Below are positions 39,186-49,042 of a stretch of DNA of 64,000 nt, piece by piece. The DNA is taken from the NCBI GenBank assembly GCA_963816395.1, contig CAWFKQ010000005.1, positions 334,156 to 398,155 on the forward strand, given 5' to 3'. Position numbers and translations under genes: made by a program. The stretch's first letter is position 1. Each line of letters starts with the position of its first letter. This DNA comes from an uncultured delta proteobacterium. Its GTDB lineage: Bacteria; Desulfobacterota; Desulfuromonadia; Desulfuromonadales; JACZKF01. The notes under the pieces were generated by a model. The model was given only the letters and a program-made list of their open reading frames with translations. It ran no database searches and had not been told where the DNA came from.

Positions 39186-40028
39186 TCAAAGAAGAAAACT
39201 GTTGTCGATCAGGCGGGTTTTCCCGATCTGCACGGCCAGCAGCAGGACCGAATCGGGGGTAATCTCCGCCATGTTCTGCAGCGTCTCGCCATGGCAGATC
39301 TGCACATAATCGATTCTGGCGTCGGGCTCCCGGCCGATCCGCTCACGGACCTCCCGTCGGACTGCCTCGGCATTCCTCTCCCCATTTTTGACCATGGAGG
39401 AAGCCAAGCGGAGCGAATCGACCAGAGCGAGAGCCTGCTGCCGTTCCACAGGCGACAGATACACGTTGCGCGAGCTCATCGCCAGCCCATCCTTCTCCCG
39501 GACGATCGGCATGCCGACAATCTCGACGGGGAAGTTGAGATCAACCGCCATCCGGCGGATCACCGCCAGCTGCTGGAAGTCCTTGCGGCCGAAGTAGGCG
39601 ACGCTCGGCTGCACGATCTGGAACAGCTTGGCGACGACCGTCGTCACCCCGCGGAAATGCCCGGGGCGGCTGCGACCGCACAGGGTCTCGGTAAGCCCTT
39701 CGACATTCACGTAGGTAGCATAGCCGGCCGGGTATATTTCCCGGGCCTCCGGAGCAAAGATGAGATCGACGCCGGCCGCACGGGCCATCTCGGCATCCCG
39801 GACGAAATCGCGCGGATACTTGTCCAGATCTTCGCCGGCGCCAAACTGGGTCGGGTTGACGAAGATGGAGAGGACCAGCAGATCGCCCCGGTTCCGCCCG
39901 GCCTCCAGCAGGGAGCAATGCCCGGCGTGCAGGTATCCCATGGTCGGGATAAAGGCGATGGTTTTCCCCTGCCGGCGGGCCGCAAGGCAGAGCTTCTGCA
40001 TGGTCTGGATATCGGCGATGGTTTTCAT
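39186..40028 (-). CDS. panC: Pantoate--beta-alanine ligase
   Basis: Intact 280 aa; ..IAFIPTMGYLHAGHCSLL.. Confidence 0.95.
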   Translation of the reverse strand: MKTIADIQTMQKLCLAARRQGKTIAFIPTMGYLHAGHCSLLEAGRNRGDLLVLSIFVNPTQFGAGEDLDKYPRDFVRDAEMARAAGVDLIFAPEAREIYPAGYATYVNVEGLTETLCGRSRPGHFRGVTTVVAKLFQIVQPSVAYFGRKDFQQLAVIRRMAVDLNFPVEIVGMPIVREKDGLAMSSRNVYLSPVERQQALALVDSLRLASSMVKNGERNAEAVRREVRERIGREPDARIDYVQICHGETLQNMAEITPDSVLLLAVQIGKTRLIDNSFLL

Positions 40029-40032
40029 ATAT

Positions 40033-40104
40033 CAAGAGTCAGAGTTTGAAGGTTGAAGGTTCAGGGGAAAGTATAGCCTTTGCCAGGCCTCAGGCCTGAT
40101 CACC
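40033..40104. repeat. Short heptad direct repeats filling the panB-panC spacer (weaker member of the heptad class)
   Basis: cagagtt tgaaggt tgaaggt tcagggg ... gccaggc ctcaggc ctgatca; only two full copies per block, with weak arm complementarity. Confidence 0.4.
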
Positions 40105-40908
40105 CTATTTGAACGTATGTTCTTCCCCCGGGAATATCTCTTCCTTCACTTCGCGGATGTAATCCTCCACCCCCTGGCGAATGATGCCGGAAATGTCGGC
40201 GTACTTTTTGACGAACTTGGGGGAATATTTTTCGCATAGGCCGAGAATGTCGTGCAGAACCAGTACCTGGCCGTCGCAGTGCACGCCGGCACCAATGCCG
40301 ATAGTGGGGATGGCAACCGTTTCGGTAATCTCCCTGGCCAGAGTAGCGGGAATTCCCTCGAGGACCAGGGAAAAAGCGCCGGCCGCCTCGACCGCCCGCG
40401 CGTCAGCCAGCAACTGCCGCGCCTGCTCTTCCTGACGTCCCTGCACCTTGTATCCCCCCATGCGGTGGACCGATTGCGGGGTTAGCCCGATATGACCGAC
40501 GACCGGGATATCCATATCGACGATGGCACGAATCGTTTCCGCAACGTTTTCGCCCCCCTCAAGCTTCACTGCCTGGGCGCCCGCCTCCTTGATCAAGCGG
40601 CCGGCATTGAGCCGGGCATCACGCAGGTCGGTCTGGTAGGAGAGAAAGGGCAGATCCGCCACCACCAGAGCACCGACGGTCCCCCGCATGACCGCCCGGG
40701 TATGGTAAAGCATTTCCTCCATGGTCACCGGCAGGGTAGTGTCGTAGCCGGCGACCACTACGCCGACCGAATCGCCAACCAGCACCATGTCGATCCCCGC
40801 CTGGTCAACCAGGCGGGCCAGGGGGTAGTCGTACGCGGTGAGAACGGCAATTTTCGTCCCCTTCGCCTTCATCTCCTGCATATCCAAAATGGTTTTGCGT
40901 TTTTTCAT
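40105..40908 (-). CDS. panB: 3-methyl-2-oxobutanoate hydroxymethyltransferase
   Basis: ATG 40908: [49 protein letters not shown].. Confidence 0.95.
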   Translation of the reverse strand: MKKRKTILDMQEMKAKGTKIAVLTAYDYPLARLVDQAGIDMVLVGDSVGVVVAGYDTTLPVTMEEMLYHTRAVMRGTVGALVVADLPFLSYQTDLRDARLNAGRLIKEAGAQAVKLEGGENVAETIRAIVDMDIPVVGHIGLTPQSVHRMGGYKVQGRQEEQARQLLADARAVEAAGAFSLVLEGIPATLAREITETVAIPTIGIGAGVHCDGQVLVLHDILGLCEKYSPKFVKKYADISGIIRQGVEDYIREVKEEIFPGEEHTFK

Positions 40909-41339
40909 CTCTCTCGCTCCACGCCGGCGCCCGAAAACAGAAAAGCCTTCCAGGAGCGAGTCCGAAAGGCCGTGACCAGAAGGAGATTTCTCCACCCCTT
41001 GCCGGTGCCGCTATTGCCTTCCGTCCCGGTCCCATCGGATCCAGGCGGTATTGTTTCGTTCAGTAAAACCTGCGGCTGTTCGCTCCGGTACGGGTTCCGG
41101 GCTGACCGCAACAAAATCCAAAAAAACGTTTTATCCTATACCATATGCAGCAAAAGTTGTCCAGAAAAATTCGCGACCTTCATCCCCCACCGACAGGCCG
41201 AGAACGTCAGGTGCTTCGGGCTTTTGCGGGGGGGCCGAAGATCGCAGACGGTCCCTGGGAAAACGCTGCGGGTTGGCAGTTGCATTACCGGCAGATTGCG
41301 CTAATTATATGAATGTGGGTTTGCTAACCGGAGGTGTTT

Positions 41340-41591
41340 ATGCTGGGTCTGAAGATCCGTGACGAAATCCGTTGGCACGACCGATGGTCGGCCGAGATCG
41401 GGCGCCGGCTTCAGGTCAAGGACAGCACCAATGACCTGTATATTTTCGACGAACGGCACAGCCGCAAGGACATCCTCTCCATCCTGAAGGAAGCCCCGAA
41501 GGAGCTGTATGAGTTATTTGAAGTCCGGGAGGCTCCGGAGGAGGAATGCGATTACATGGCTGATTCGGGACGTTGTTACAGCCGCAGGTAA
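41340..41591 (+). CDS. Hypothetical protein (83 aa), no family recognised
   Basis: GGAGG then ATG 41340: MLGLKIRDEIRWHDRWSAEIGRRLQVKDSTNDLYIFDERHSRKDILSILKEAPKELYELFEVREAPEEECDYMADSGRCYSRR. Coding-like composition; plus strand among minus-strand operons. Confidence 0.4.
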   Translation: MLGLKIRDEIRWHDRWSAEIGRRLQVKDSTNDLYIFDERHSRKDILSILKEAPKELYELFEVREAPEEECDYMADSGRCYSRR

Positions 41592-41684
41592 GTCATGGGT
41601 CGCTCGGCCCCTTTCCTTTCATCCTCTGCAGAAAAGAGGATTCGCCCGTCCGGGTCAGGGACGGGCGAACAGGGAGAACCAATC

Positions 41685-41885
41685 ATGTTGATGGCTACTG
41701 TCCGTCTGCAGATGGCGAACGGACATGAAGTTTACTTCCGCGCCCGCCGCAGCGAAATCCACCGGCTGGTGCTCAGCCGTCACCAGCGCCAGCCAGAAGT
41801 TGTTGGGCAACATATCATCACGACGGAAAAGAACGTCCCCATCACCGTCGATCTGCAGGAAATCCGGACGATTCACATCATGTAG
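41685..41885 (+). CDS. Hypothetical protein (66 aa), no family recognised
   Basis: GGGAGA then ATG 41685: MLMATVRLQMANGHEVYFRARRSEIHRLVLSRHQRQPEVVGQHIITTEKNVPITVDLQEIRTIHIM. The track ORF starts earlier, at 41595. Confidence 0.4.
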   Translation: MLMATVRLQMANGHEVYFRARRSEIHRLVLSRHQRQPEVVGQHIITTEKNVPITVDLQEIRTIHIM

Positions 41886-41957
41886 CCGCCTTCGCAAGGC
41901 TTCGGCCCCCGGGGTTGGTTCGCCAGGCATCGACGACTAGATGGTTTTCTACTTCGC

Positions 41958-42488
41958 TCAGTAGCGGGCGTCGGCGAATTCCACCCAACCTCCCGCCTGC
42001 ACCAGTGCCTTGTCGAAAGGGGAGATATCGAAGGCGAACACCTCGCTTCGGCCGCCCGCCCGGGCGGTGATCTGCTGTCCGTTCAGATCGACATCGAACT
42101 CCACCTCCCCTTCCCCGCCCAGGGCAAAGAGGCGATCGATTTCCGCTTTCGGCAATTCAATCGCCAGCATGCCGCCGTTGAACATGTTCTGGCGGAAAAT
42201 CCGGGCATAGCTCTCGGCGATGATGGTATGGATATCGTTGACTTCGAAAACCCAGGGGGCATGTTCCCGCGAGGAACCGCAGCCGAAGTTTTCTCTGGCG
42301 ACCACCACCCGGGCCGCCTTCAGCCGCTCCCCCTTGGGATCGAATCCCTCCAGCTTGATATCCTCCAGGATGTAGGGACGAAGAGCTTCCTTGGTCACCT
42401 CTGTAAGATATTTGGCAGGAATGATTTCATCCGTATTGATATCGGAGCGATCAAGGAAGATCGCCGGTCCGCCGAAGGTCTTTTCCAT
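41958..42488 (-). CDS. leuD: 3-isopropylmalate dehydratase small subunit
   Basis: AGGAAG RBS then ATG 42488: MEKTFGGPAIFLDRSDINTDEIIPAKYL.. Confidence 0.9.
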   Translation of the reverse strand: MEKTFGGPAIFLDRSDINTDEIIPAKYLTEVTKEALRPYILEDIKLEGFDPKGERLKAARVVVARENFGCGSSREHAPWVFEVNDIHTIIAESYARIFRQNMFNGGMLAIELPKAEIDRLFALGGEGEVEFDVDLNGQQITARAGGRSEVFAFDISPFDKALVQAGGWVEFADARY

Positions 42489-42502
42489 AAGTTGTCTTCC
42501 TT

Positions 42503-43783
42503 TCAAATTTTCCGGGCATCGGTGATTACCCCGGCAATCGCCGTGGCAGCGGCCGTGGCTGGGCTCATCAGGTGCACCATCCCACCCTTGCCCATGCGCC
42601 CGTTGAAGTTACGGTTACTGGTGGAGGCGCAGACTTCCCCTTCCGCCAGTACCCCGTTGCTCATTCCCAGACAGGCGCCGCAGGTCGGATTGGTGACACA
42701 GAAGCCGGCATCCATGAAAATCTGGATGATCCCCTCGGCCAGGGCATCACCGAAGATCTTGGGGGTGGCGGGAGAAACGATCCCGCGCACCGAATCGGCG
42801 ATGCGCCGCCCCTGGAGAATCCCGGCAGCGATGCGCAGGTCTTCCAGCCGGCCGTTGGTGCAGGTGCCGATGTATACCTGATCGACGGGAGTACCGGACA
42901 GCTCTTTCGCCGCCTTGACGCAGTCCGGCTTGAAGCCATAGGTGACCTGCGGTTCCAGGTCGGAGAGATCGAAGTCGAGAACCTTTTCGTAGGCGGCGTC
43001 AGAATCGGAATGCCACAGCCGGAAATCGGCCAGGGCGGCATCCCGACTGGCATAGTCGTTCTGGATAAACGGCCAGAGGTAATCGACCGTGGTTGCATCG
43101 GGCAGACAGATGCCGGAAGTACCGCCGGCCTCGATCGCCATATTGCACAGAGTCATCCGCGATTCCATGGACATGGCATCGACGACCGGTCCACGGAATT
43201 CGATCACCCGGTCGGTAGCGCCATTCACCCCGAGACGGCCGATGACGAAGAGAATGGCGTCCTTGGCGTAGACCCCCGGGGCCAGATGCCCATTGAGGTT
43301 GATGCGGATCGTCTTCGGTTCACGGAAAGCGCATACACCCTTGAGGATCCCCACCTCCAGATCGGTAGTGCCGACACCAGCGGCAAAAGCGCCGAAGGCG
43401 CCATGGGTGCAGGTGTGGCTGTCCCCCATGATGACCGTGTAGCCGGGGCGGATATATCCCTTCTCCGGGAAGAGGGCGTGACAGACGCCGTTACGGCCGA
43501 CATCGAAGAAATCGGTGATGGCGTGGCGGCGGGCCCAGTCGCGAAGCATCTTGGCCTGGGTGGCGGTTTTACTGTCCTTGGACGGAGTCACATGATCGAT
43601 GACCGCTTTGATTTTGCTGCGGTCGAAAACCCTATCCTTGCCGCGCCAGACAAGATCGGCAATGGCCACCGGAGTGGTGATCTCGTGGCAGAGGACCCGG
43701 TCGAGATCGAGGACCTTGGTCCCGGGAAAGGGCTCGTCCCGAAGATGGGCATCAAAGATTTTTTCCGCAATATTCTTTCCCAT
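42503..43783 (-). CDS. leuC: 3-isopropylmalate dehydratase large subunit
   Basis: Intact 426 aa aconitase-family protein; ..GDSHTCTHGAFGAFA.., ..CTNGRLEDL.., ..CGACLG.. Confidence 0.95.
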   Translation of the reverse strand: MGKNIAEKIFDAHLRDEPFPGTKVLDLDRVLCHEITTPVAIADLVWRGKDRVFDRSKIKAVIDHVTPSKDSKTATQAKMLRDWARRHAITDFFDVGRNGVCHALFPEKGYIRPGYTVIMGDSHTCTHGAFGAFAAGVGTTDLEVGILKGVCAFREPKTIRINLNGHLAPGVYAKDAILFVIGRLGVNGATDRVIEFRGPVVDAMSMESRMTLCNMAIEAGGTSGICLPDATTVDYLWPFIQNDYASRDAALADFRLWHSDSDAAYEKVLDFDLSDLEPQVTYGFKPDCVKAAKELSGTPVDQVYIGTCTNGRLEDLRIAAGILQGRRIADSVRGIVSPATPKIFGDALAEGIIQIFMDAGFCVTNPTCGACLGMSNGVLAEGEVCASTSNRNFNGRMGKGGMVHLMSPATAAATAIAGVITDARKI

Positions 43784-43803
43784 GTTCTCTCCTTGGCAAA
43801 TCG

Positions 43804-43873
43804 AAGGTATCAGGTGCCAGGTATCAGGAGCCAGGATTTCATCAGGAATTTTTGTACCTGCTACCTGTTTCCT
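43804..43873. repeat. Heptad-periodic imperfect hairpin (AGGTATC/AGGTGCC heptads), fills the leuA-leuC spacer
   Basis: aggtatc aggtgcc aggtatc aggagcc aggattt catcaggaatttttgt acctgct acctgtt tcc; caggtatcagg pairs with cctgctacctg (10/11). Confidence 0.65.
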
Positions 43874-43878
43874 TATAT

Positions 43879-45417
43879 CTACAGATGAACGCTGGTGCGT
43901 TTGACCACCGAAGCCATCTTATTGAGGGCGTTGAGGTAGGCCTTGGCGCTGGCGACGATGATATCGGGGTGGGCGCCCTGTCCGAGGACCTCGCGGCCGT
44001 CTTCCTCCAGGCGCACCGTGCATTCCCCCTGGGCATCGGTGCCACCGGTAATCGCCCCGACCGAGAACTGCAGCAGTCGGGCCTGGCTCCGGGTCAGCTT
44101 CTTGATGGCCTTGAAGGTCGCATCGACCGGCCCATCTCCCATGACCGCGGTCTTTCTAACCCTGCCATCCACCTCCAGTTCGACGGTAGCCGTCGGGGCG
44201 GCGAATGAGCCTGAAGCGACATTCATCTGCCGCAGCCGATAGCGTTCCGGCACCCGGATGATTTCATCGGCAACGATGGCGTCCAGATCCTCATCGAAAA
44301 TTTCCTTTTTCTGGTCAGCCAGTGACTTGAAGCGGACGAAAGCCTTTTCGATGTCCTCCTTGCCGAGCTCATAACCAAGCTCCTTCAGGCGGTCAATAAA
44401 GGCATGTCTACCGGAGTGCTTTCCCAGCACCAGTTTGTTCTGATTGAGGCCGATCGACTCGGGCGTCATGATCTCATAGGTCGATTTTTCCATCAAGACC
44501 CCATGCTGGTGGATCCCTGCTTCGTGAGCAAAAGCGTTGGCCCCGACTACGGCTTTGTTCGGTTGGACGACGATGCCGGTGATGGTGGAGAGCAGTTTGC
44601 TGGCTGCATAGATATGCTCGGTCATAACCTTGGTGGCAAAGGGGAGAATATCGTGGCGGGTGCGCAGGGCCATCACCACCTCCTCCAGAGAACAGTTGCC
44701 GGCCCGTTCGCCGATACCGTTGATGGTGCATTCCACCTGCTCGGCACCAGCCTGAATTGCCGCCAGGGAGTTGGCGACCGCCAGCCCCAGATCGTTATGG
44801 CAGTGGACGGAGAGAATCGCCTGCTCGACGTTCGCCACGTTTTCCTTCAAGTACTTGATGAGGTTGAAGTATTCGAAGGGGATGGTGTAGCCGACGGTGT
44901 CCGGGATGTTGACCACCTTGGCGCCGGCCTCGATAACTGCCTCGACGATTTTGGCCAGAAACGGCAGACGGGTGCGGGCGGCGTCCTCTGCCGAGAACTC
45001 GACGTTGGGAGTGTAGCGGGCGGCCCGCCGGACCGCTTTGATCGCCGTCTCCACAACCTGGTCCTCACTCATCTTCAACTTGTGCTGCATATGAATGTCA
45101 CTGGTGGCGATGAAGGTATGGATGCGGCCGCGCTCACCGGCGAATTTCAGGGCTTCCCAGGCCCGGTCGATGTCCATGTCGTTGGCCCGGCAGAGGCCGG
45201 CGATCTGTGGCCCTCTGATGGTCTGGGCGATCTTTTTGACCGCCTCGAAATCCCCATCCGAGGCGATGGGAAAGCCTGCCTCGATCACGTCGACATTCAA
45301 CTTCTCAAGTTGATGGGCGATGCGCAGCTTCTCATCGATGTTCATGCTGGCGCCAGGCGACTGCTCGCCATCGCGCAGAGTGGTATCGAAAATCTGGATC
45401 ATCTTCGGCTTGTCCAT
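43879..45417 (-). CDS. leuA: 2-isopropylmalate synthase
   Basis: Intact 512 aa; [25 protein letters not shown].. Confidence 0.95.
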   Translation of the reverse strand: MDKPKMIQIFDTTLRDGEQSPGASMNIDEKLRIAHQLEKLNVDVIEAGFPIASDGDFEAVKKIAQTIRGPQIAGLCRANDMDIDRAWEALKFAGERGRIHTFIATSDIHMQHKLKMSEDQVVETAIKAVRRAARYTPNVEFSAEDAARTRLPFLAKIVEAVIEAGAKVVNIPDTVGYTIPFEYFNLIKYLKENVANVEQAILSVHCHNDLGLAVANSLAAIQAGAEQVECTINGIGERAGNCSLEEVVMALRTRHDILPFATKVMTEHIYAASKLLSTITGIVVQPNKAVVGANAFAHEAGIHQHGVLMEKSTYEIMTPESIGLNQNKLVLGKHSGRHAFIDRLKELGYELGKEDIEKAFVRFKSLADQKKEIFDEDLDAIVADEIIRVPERYRLRQMNVASGSFAAPTATVELEVDGRVRKTAVMGDGPVDATFKAIKKLTRSQARLLQFSVGAITGGTDAQGECTVRLEEDGREVLGQGAHPDIIVASAKAYLNALNKMASVVKRTSVHL

Positions 45418-45574
45418 GACTCCTCCTTTTTAACACGCCGTCGAAAGAGCGGCCGTGGCGTTCATTTGCGGGATCGATATGTCCGGATAATGCAGTCCTA
45501 GCTCTCCCAGGTCCGATTCCATGCGACCACCCCCTTTCCGGGTATCCCTACCTGCCCCGCATGAGGGCAGGCAG

Positions 45575-45815
45575 GACATAAATAAAAAACTCCCGCCCCA
45601 TCCAGGGGCGAGAGCAGAAGCTTCGCGGTACCACCCTGATTCACCCGCCGCCTTTCTCACGCTGCAGCGGGCCTTGTTGTCCTTTACGCAGACTCACGGC
45701 ACCGGCTAAGCTGCCACTGGCAGACTCACCGATGCGGCTCCGAGGCGAGTTCGATTCCTTCCTGTACCGGCTTGCAGCGACCGCCGACTCTCTGCGACAG
45801 GGGGGAGAATCTACT
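45575..45815 (-). promoter_or_regulatory. T-box leader (tRNA-sensing riboswitch) with intrinsic terminator, upstream of leuA; probable Leu specificity
   Basis: Minus strand: AGAGA box gcAGAGAGtcgg (about 45787..45796); T-box sequence aaucAGGGUGGUACCGCGaag (core 45624..45637); terminator CUCGCCCC-UGGA-UGGGGCGGGAG + UUUUUUAUUU (45581..45613). Candidate specifier GAA-CUC-G. Confidence 0.85.
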
Positions 45816-45851
45816 ACTCCTCTTCAACGCCTTTCCTTGTTATGTCTGCCT

Positions 45852-45880
45852 AATTAACCAGACCCATCGGGTCCTGTCAA
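45852..45880 (-). promoter_or_regulatory. Candidate sigma-70 promoter for the T-box-leuA transcript
   Basis: Minus strand TTGACA (45875..45880), 17-nt spacer, TTAATT (45852..45857), about 40 nt upstream of the T-box stem I. Confidence 0.35.
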
Positions 45881-45926
45881 GCGGTTTTTTCATCCTTCCG
45901 GACATCTCCAGTCCCGCCCCTGCCTG

Positions 45927-46676
45927 TTAACCTCGCCGCCGATTGCGCAGCAGGCGCAGCAGATAACCGATGGGACCGGCAATCATGTAGGCGAAAAAGA
46001 GGAGGAAAAACATGATCTCCGGTTGCGCCACCACGACGATGATGATGAAGATTGCCAGCACCAGAAATCCGAATGGTTGCCGTTTGACAAGTTCCGGGTC
46101 TTTGAATGAATAGTAGCGAAAATTACTCACCATCAGAAAGGCCAGAACATAGATGAGAACCAGGATGGAAACCTTTTTGATGGTCCCCGAGCCACCCAGA
46201 TGATAAAAAAGCAGGACGCAGGAGGCTACCATGCTGGCGGCGGCCGGGATCGGCAGGCCGACGAATCGCTTCGATTCGACGGTCGTCACCTGCACGTTGA
46301 AGCGGGCCAGGCGCAAGGCGCCGCAGACCACATAGAGAAACGCAGCGAGCCAGCCCAGTTTGCCGAAGGGTTTTAGCGCCCAGGCGTACATCAGCAGTCC
46401 CGGCGCTACACCGAAAGCCACCAGATCGGCCAGGGAGTCGTATTCCACCCCGAATTTGCTGGTGGTACCCGTCAGACGCGCCACCTTGCCGTCGAGAGCG
46501 TCAAAAATAGAGGAGACCAGGATGAACCAGGCAGCGAGATAATAGTTGCCCCCCATGGTGGCAACTATTCCGTAAAAACCGGCAAAAAGGCTGCCGGTAG
46601 TAAACAGATTGGGAAGGATATAGACCCCTTTGCGCAGACTTTCACGCCGGTCCGGGGCCATTTTTTCGTCGATCAT
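45927..46676 (-). CDS. pssA: CDP-diacylglycerol--serine O-phosphatidyltransferase
   Basis: Intact 249 aa; ..SSIFDALDGKVARLTGTTSKFGVEYDSLADLV.. (CDP-alcohol phosphatidyltransferase motif). Confidence 0.9.
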   Translation of the reverse strand: MIDEKMAPDRRESLRKGVYILPNLFTTGSLFAGFYGIVATMGGNYYLAAWFILVSSIFDALDGKVARLTGTTSKFGVEYDSLADLVAFGVAPGLLMYAWALKPFGKLGWLAAFLYVVCGALRLARFNVQVTTVESKRFVGLPIPAAASMVASCVLLFYHLGGSGTIKKVSILVLIYVLAFLMVSNFRYYSFKDPELVKRQPFGFLVLAIFIIIVVVAQPEIMFFLLFFAYMIAGPIGYLLRLLRNRRRG

Positions 46677-47317
46677 TGCATATAGCCCAGGACCGATTCG
46701 CCGGCAACGGCTTTATCGCCCACCCGGACCGTTACTTCCGCTCCCAGCGGAAAATACAGGTCGACACGGGACCCGAAACGGATCAGGCCGTAGCGCTGGC
46801 CACGCCGGAGCAGGTCGCCAACGACCGGATAGGAGATGATGCGACGGGCGATCAGACCGGCGATCTGAACGAAGAGCAGGCGTTTGCCGCTTTCGGTCTC
46901 CAGGAGAATGCCGGCCTGTTCATTCTGCAGGCTCGCCTTGTCCAGGGAAGCGTTGAAAAACTCTCCCTTGTTGTAGAACATGTCAACAACCTTGCCGCTG
47001 AATGGGACCCGGTTGACATGGACATTGAAGACGGACATGAATATGCTCACCTTGACTGCTTCGGCCTGGAAATAGCGGTCTTCCCGCACCGTGCCGACGA
47101 AAACCACCTTGCCATCCGCCGGCGATACGACCGCCAGCGGGTCGACCGGGGGGTGCCGCTCGGGATTGCGGAAAAAATAGATGGTAAACAGGCACAGCAC
47201 CAAGCTGAGAACCGTCAGCACCGACCAGCCGAGCAGGGCGAAAATCAGGGTGACGAAAGCGAACAGAGCAATGAAAGGGTAACCTTCGACCGCTACCGGC
47301 TGAGTCTGGTTGCGCAT
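46673..47317 (-). CDS. psd: Phosphatidylserine decarboxylase (short Asd-type proenzyme)
   Basis: Intact 214 aa; ..GQRYGLIRFGSRVDLYFP.. (G-S cleavage-site region); overlaps the pssA start. Confidence 0.9.
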   Translation of the reverse strand: MRNQTQPVAVEGYPFIALFAFVTLIFALLGWSVLTVLSLVLCLFTIYFFRNPERHPPVDPLAVVSPADGKVVFVGTVREDRYFQAEAVKVSIFMSVFNVHVNRVPFSGKVVDMFYNKGEFFNASLDKASLQNEQAGILLETESGKRLLFVQIAGLIARRIISYPVVGDLLRRGQRYGLIRFGSRVDLYFPLGAEVTVRVGDKAVAGESVLGYMQ

Positions 47318-47349
47318 GGGACTCCGGAAGGATAAGAGAAGGGAAGCCG

Positions 47350-47382
47350 GGGGTGAGGAGGAAAACCTTGGCTCCTCACCCC
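47350..47382 (-). terminator. 11-bp GC-rich hairpin after ilvC (terminator or intra-operon attenuator)
   Basis: GGGGUGAGGAG-ccaagguuuuc-CUCCUCACCCC, followed by a pyrimidine-rich cggcuucccuucucuuauc. Confidence 0.5.
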
Positions 47383-47400
47383 TTCGGCTGATTTTCCAGT

Positions 47401-48501
<1,101 letters not shown>

Positions 48502-48513
48502 TCATCCGGCCGC

Positions 48514-49011
48514 TTATTCACTCCCCCGCCACCCCTTGGGACCGCGGCCGAGAACCACCGGCCCCGAGCGCACCAGTTCCTTGATCCCCATCGGGCGCAG
48601 CAGTTCGATAATGGCATTGACCTTGCTGGGAGCACCGGTGATCTCGACGGTATAGGAGCGGGCGGTAACATCGACCACCTTGGCCCGGAAGATGTCGGCG
48701 ATGCGCAGGACCTCGGCCCGCGAACTCTCCTCGGCGGCAACCTTGATCAGGGCCATTTCCCGCTCCACGTAATCCTGTCCGGTGAAGTCGATGACCTTGA
48801 TGGTGTCGATCAGCTTATTCAGCTGTTTGGTAATCTGTTCGAGAATCTGTTCATCGCCGCTGGTAACGATGGTCATCCGTGAAATGCTCGGATCGAGGGT
48901 GGGGGCGACCGCCAGGCTCTCGATGTTGAAGCCCCGCCCGGAAAAAAGTCCGGAGATCCGGGCCAGAACCCCGAATTCGTTTTCCACCAGCACCGAAATG
49001 GTATGTTTCAT
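48514..49011 (-). CDS. ilvN: Acetolactate synthase small (regulatory) subunit
   Basis: GGAGGAG RBS then ATG 49011: MKHTISVLVENEFGVLARISGLFSGRGFNIESL.. (ACT domain). Confidence 0.9.
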   Translation of the reverse strand: MKHTISVLVENEFGVLARISGLFSGRGFNIESLAVAPTLDPSISRMTIVTSGDEQILEQITKQLNKLIDTIKVIDFTGQDYVEREMALIKVAAEESSRAEVLRIADIFRAKVVDVTARSYTVEITGAPSKVNAIIELLRPMGIKELVRSGPVVLGRGPKGWRGSE

Positions 49012-49042
49012 CGCAGTAATCTCCTCCATCGCAGAGAAACGG

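Noticed and set aside
45430-45660. 76-aa minus-strand ORF upstream of leuA as a leader peptide
   Set aside because: It spans the T-box and terminator RNA structure and has no Leu-codon run. The RNA element explains the region.
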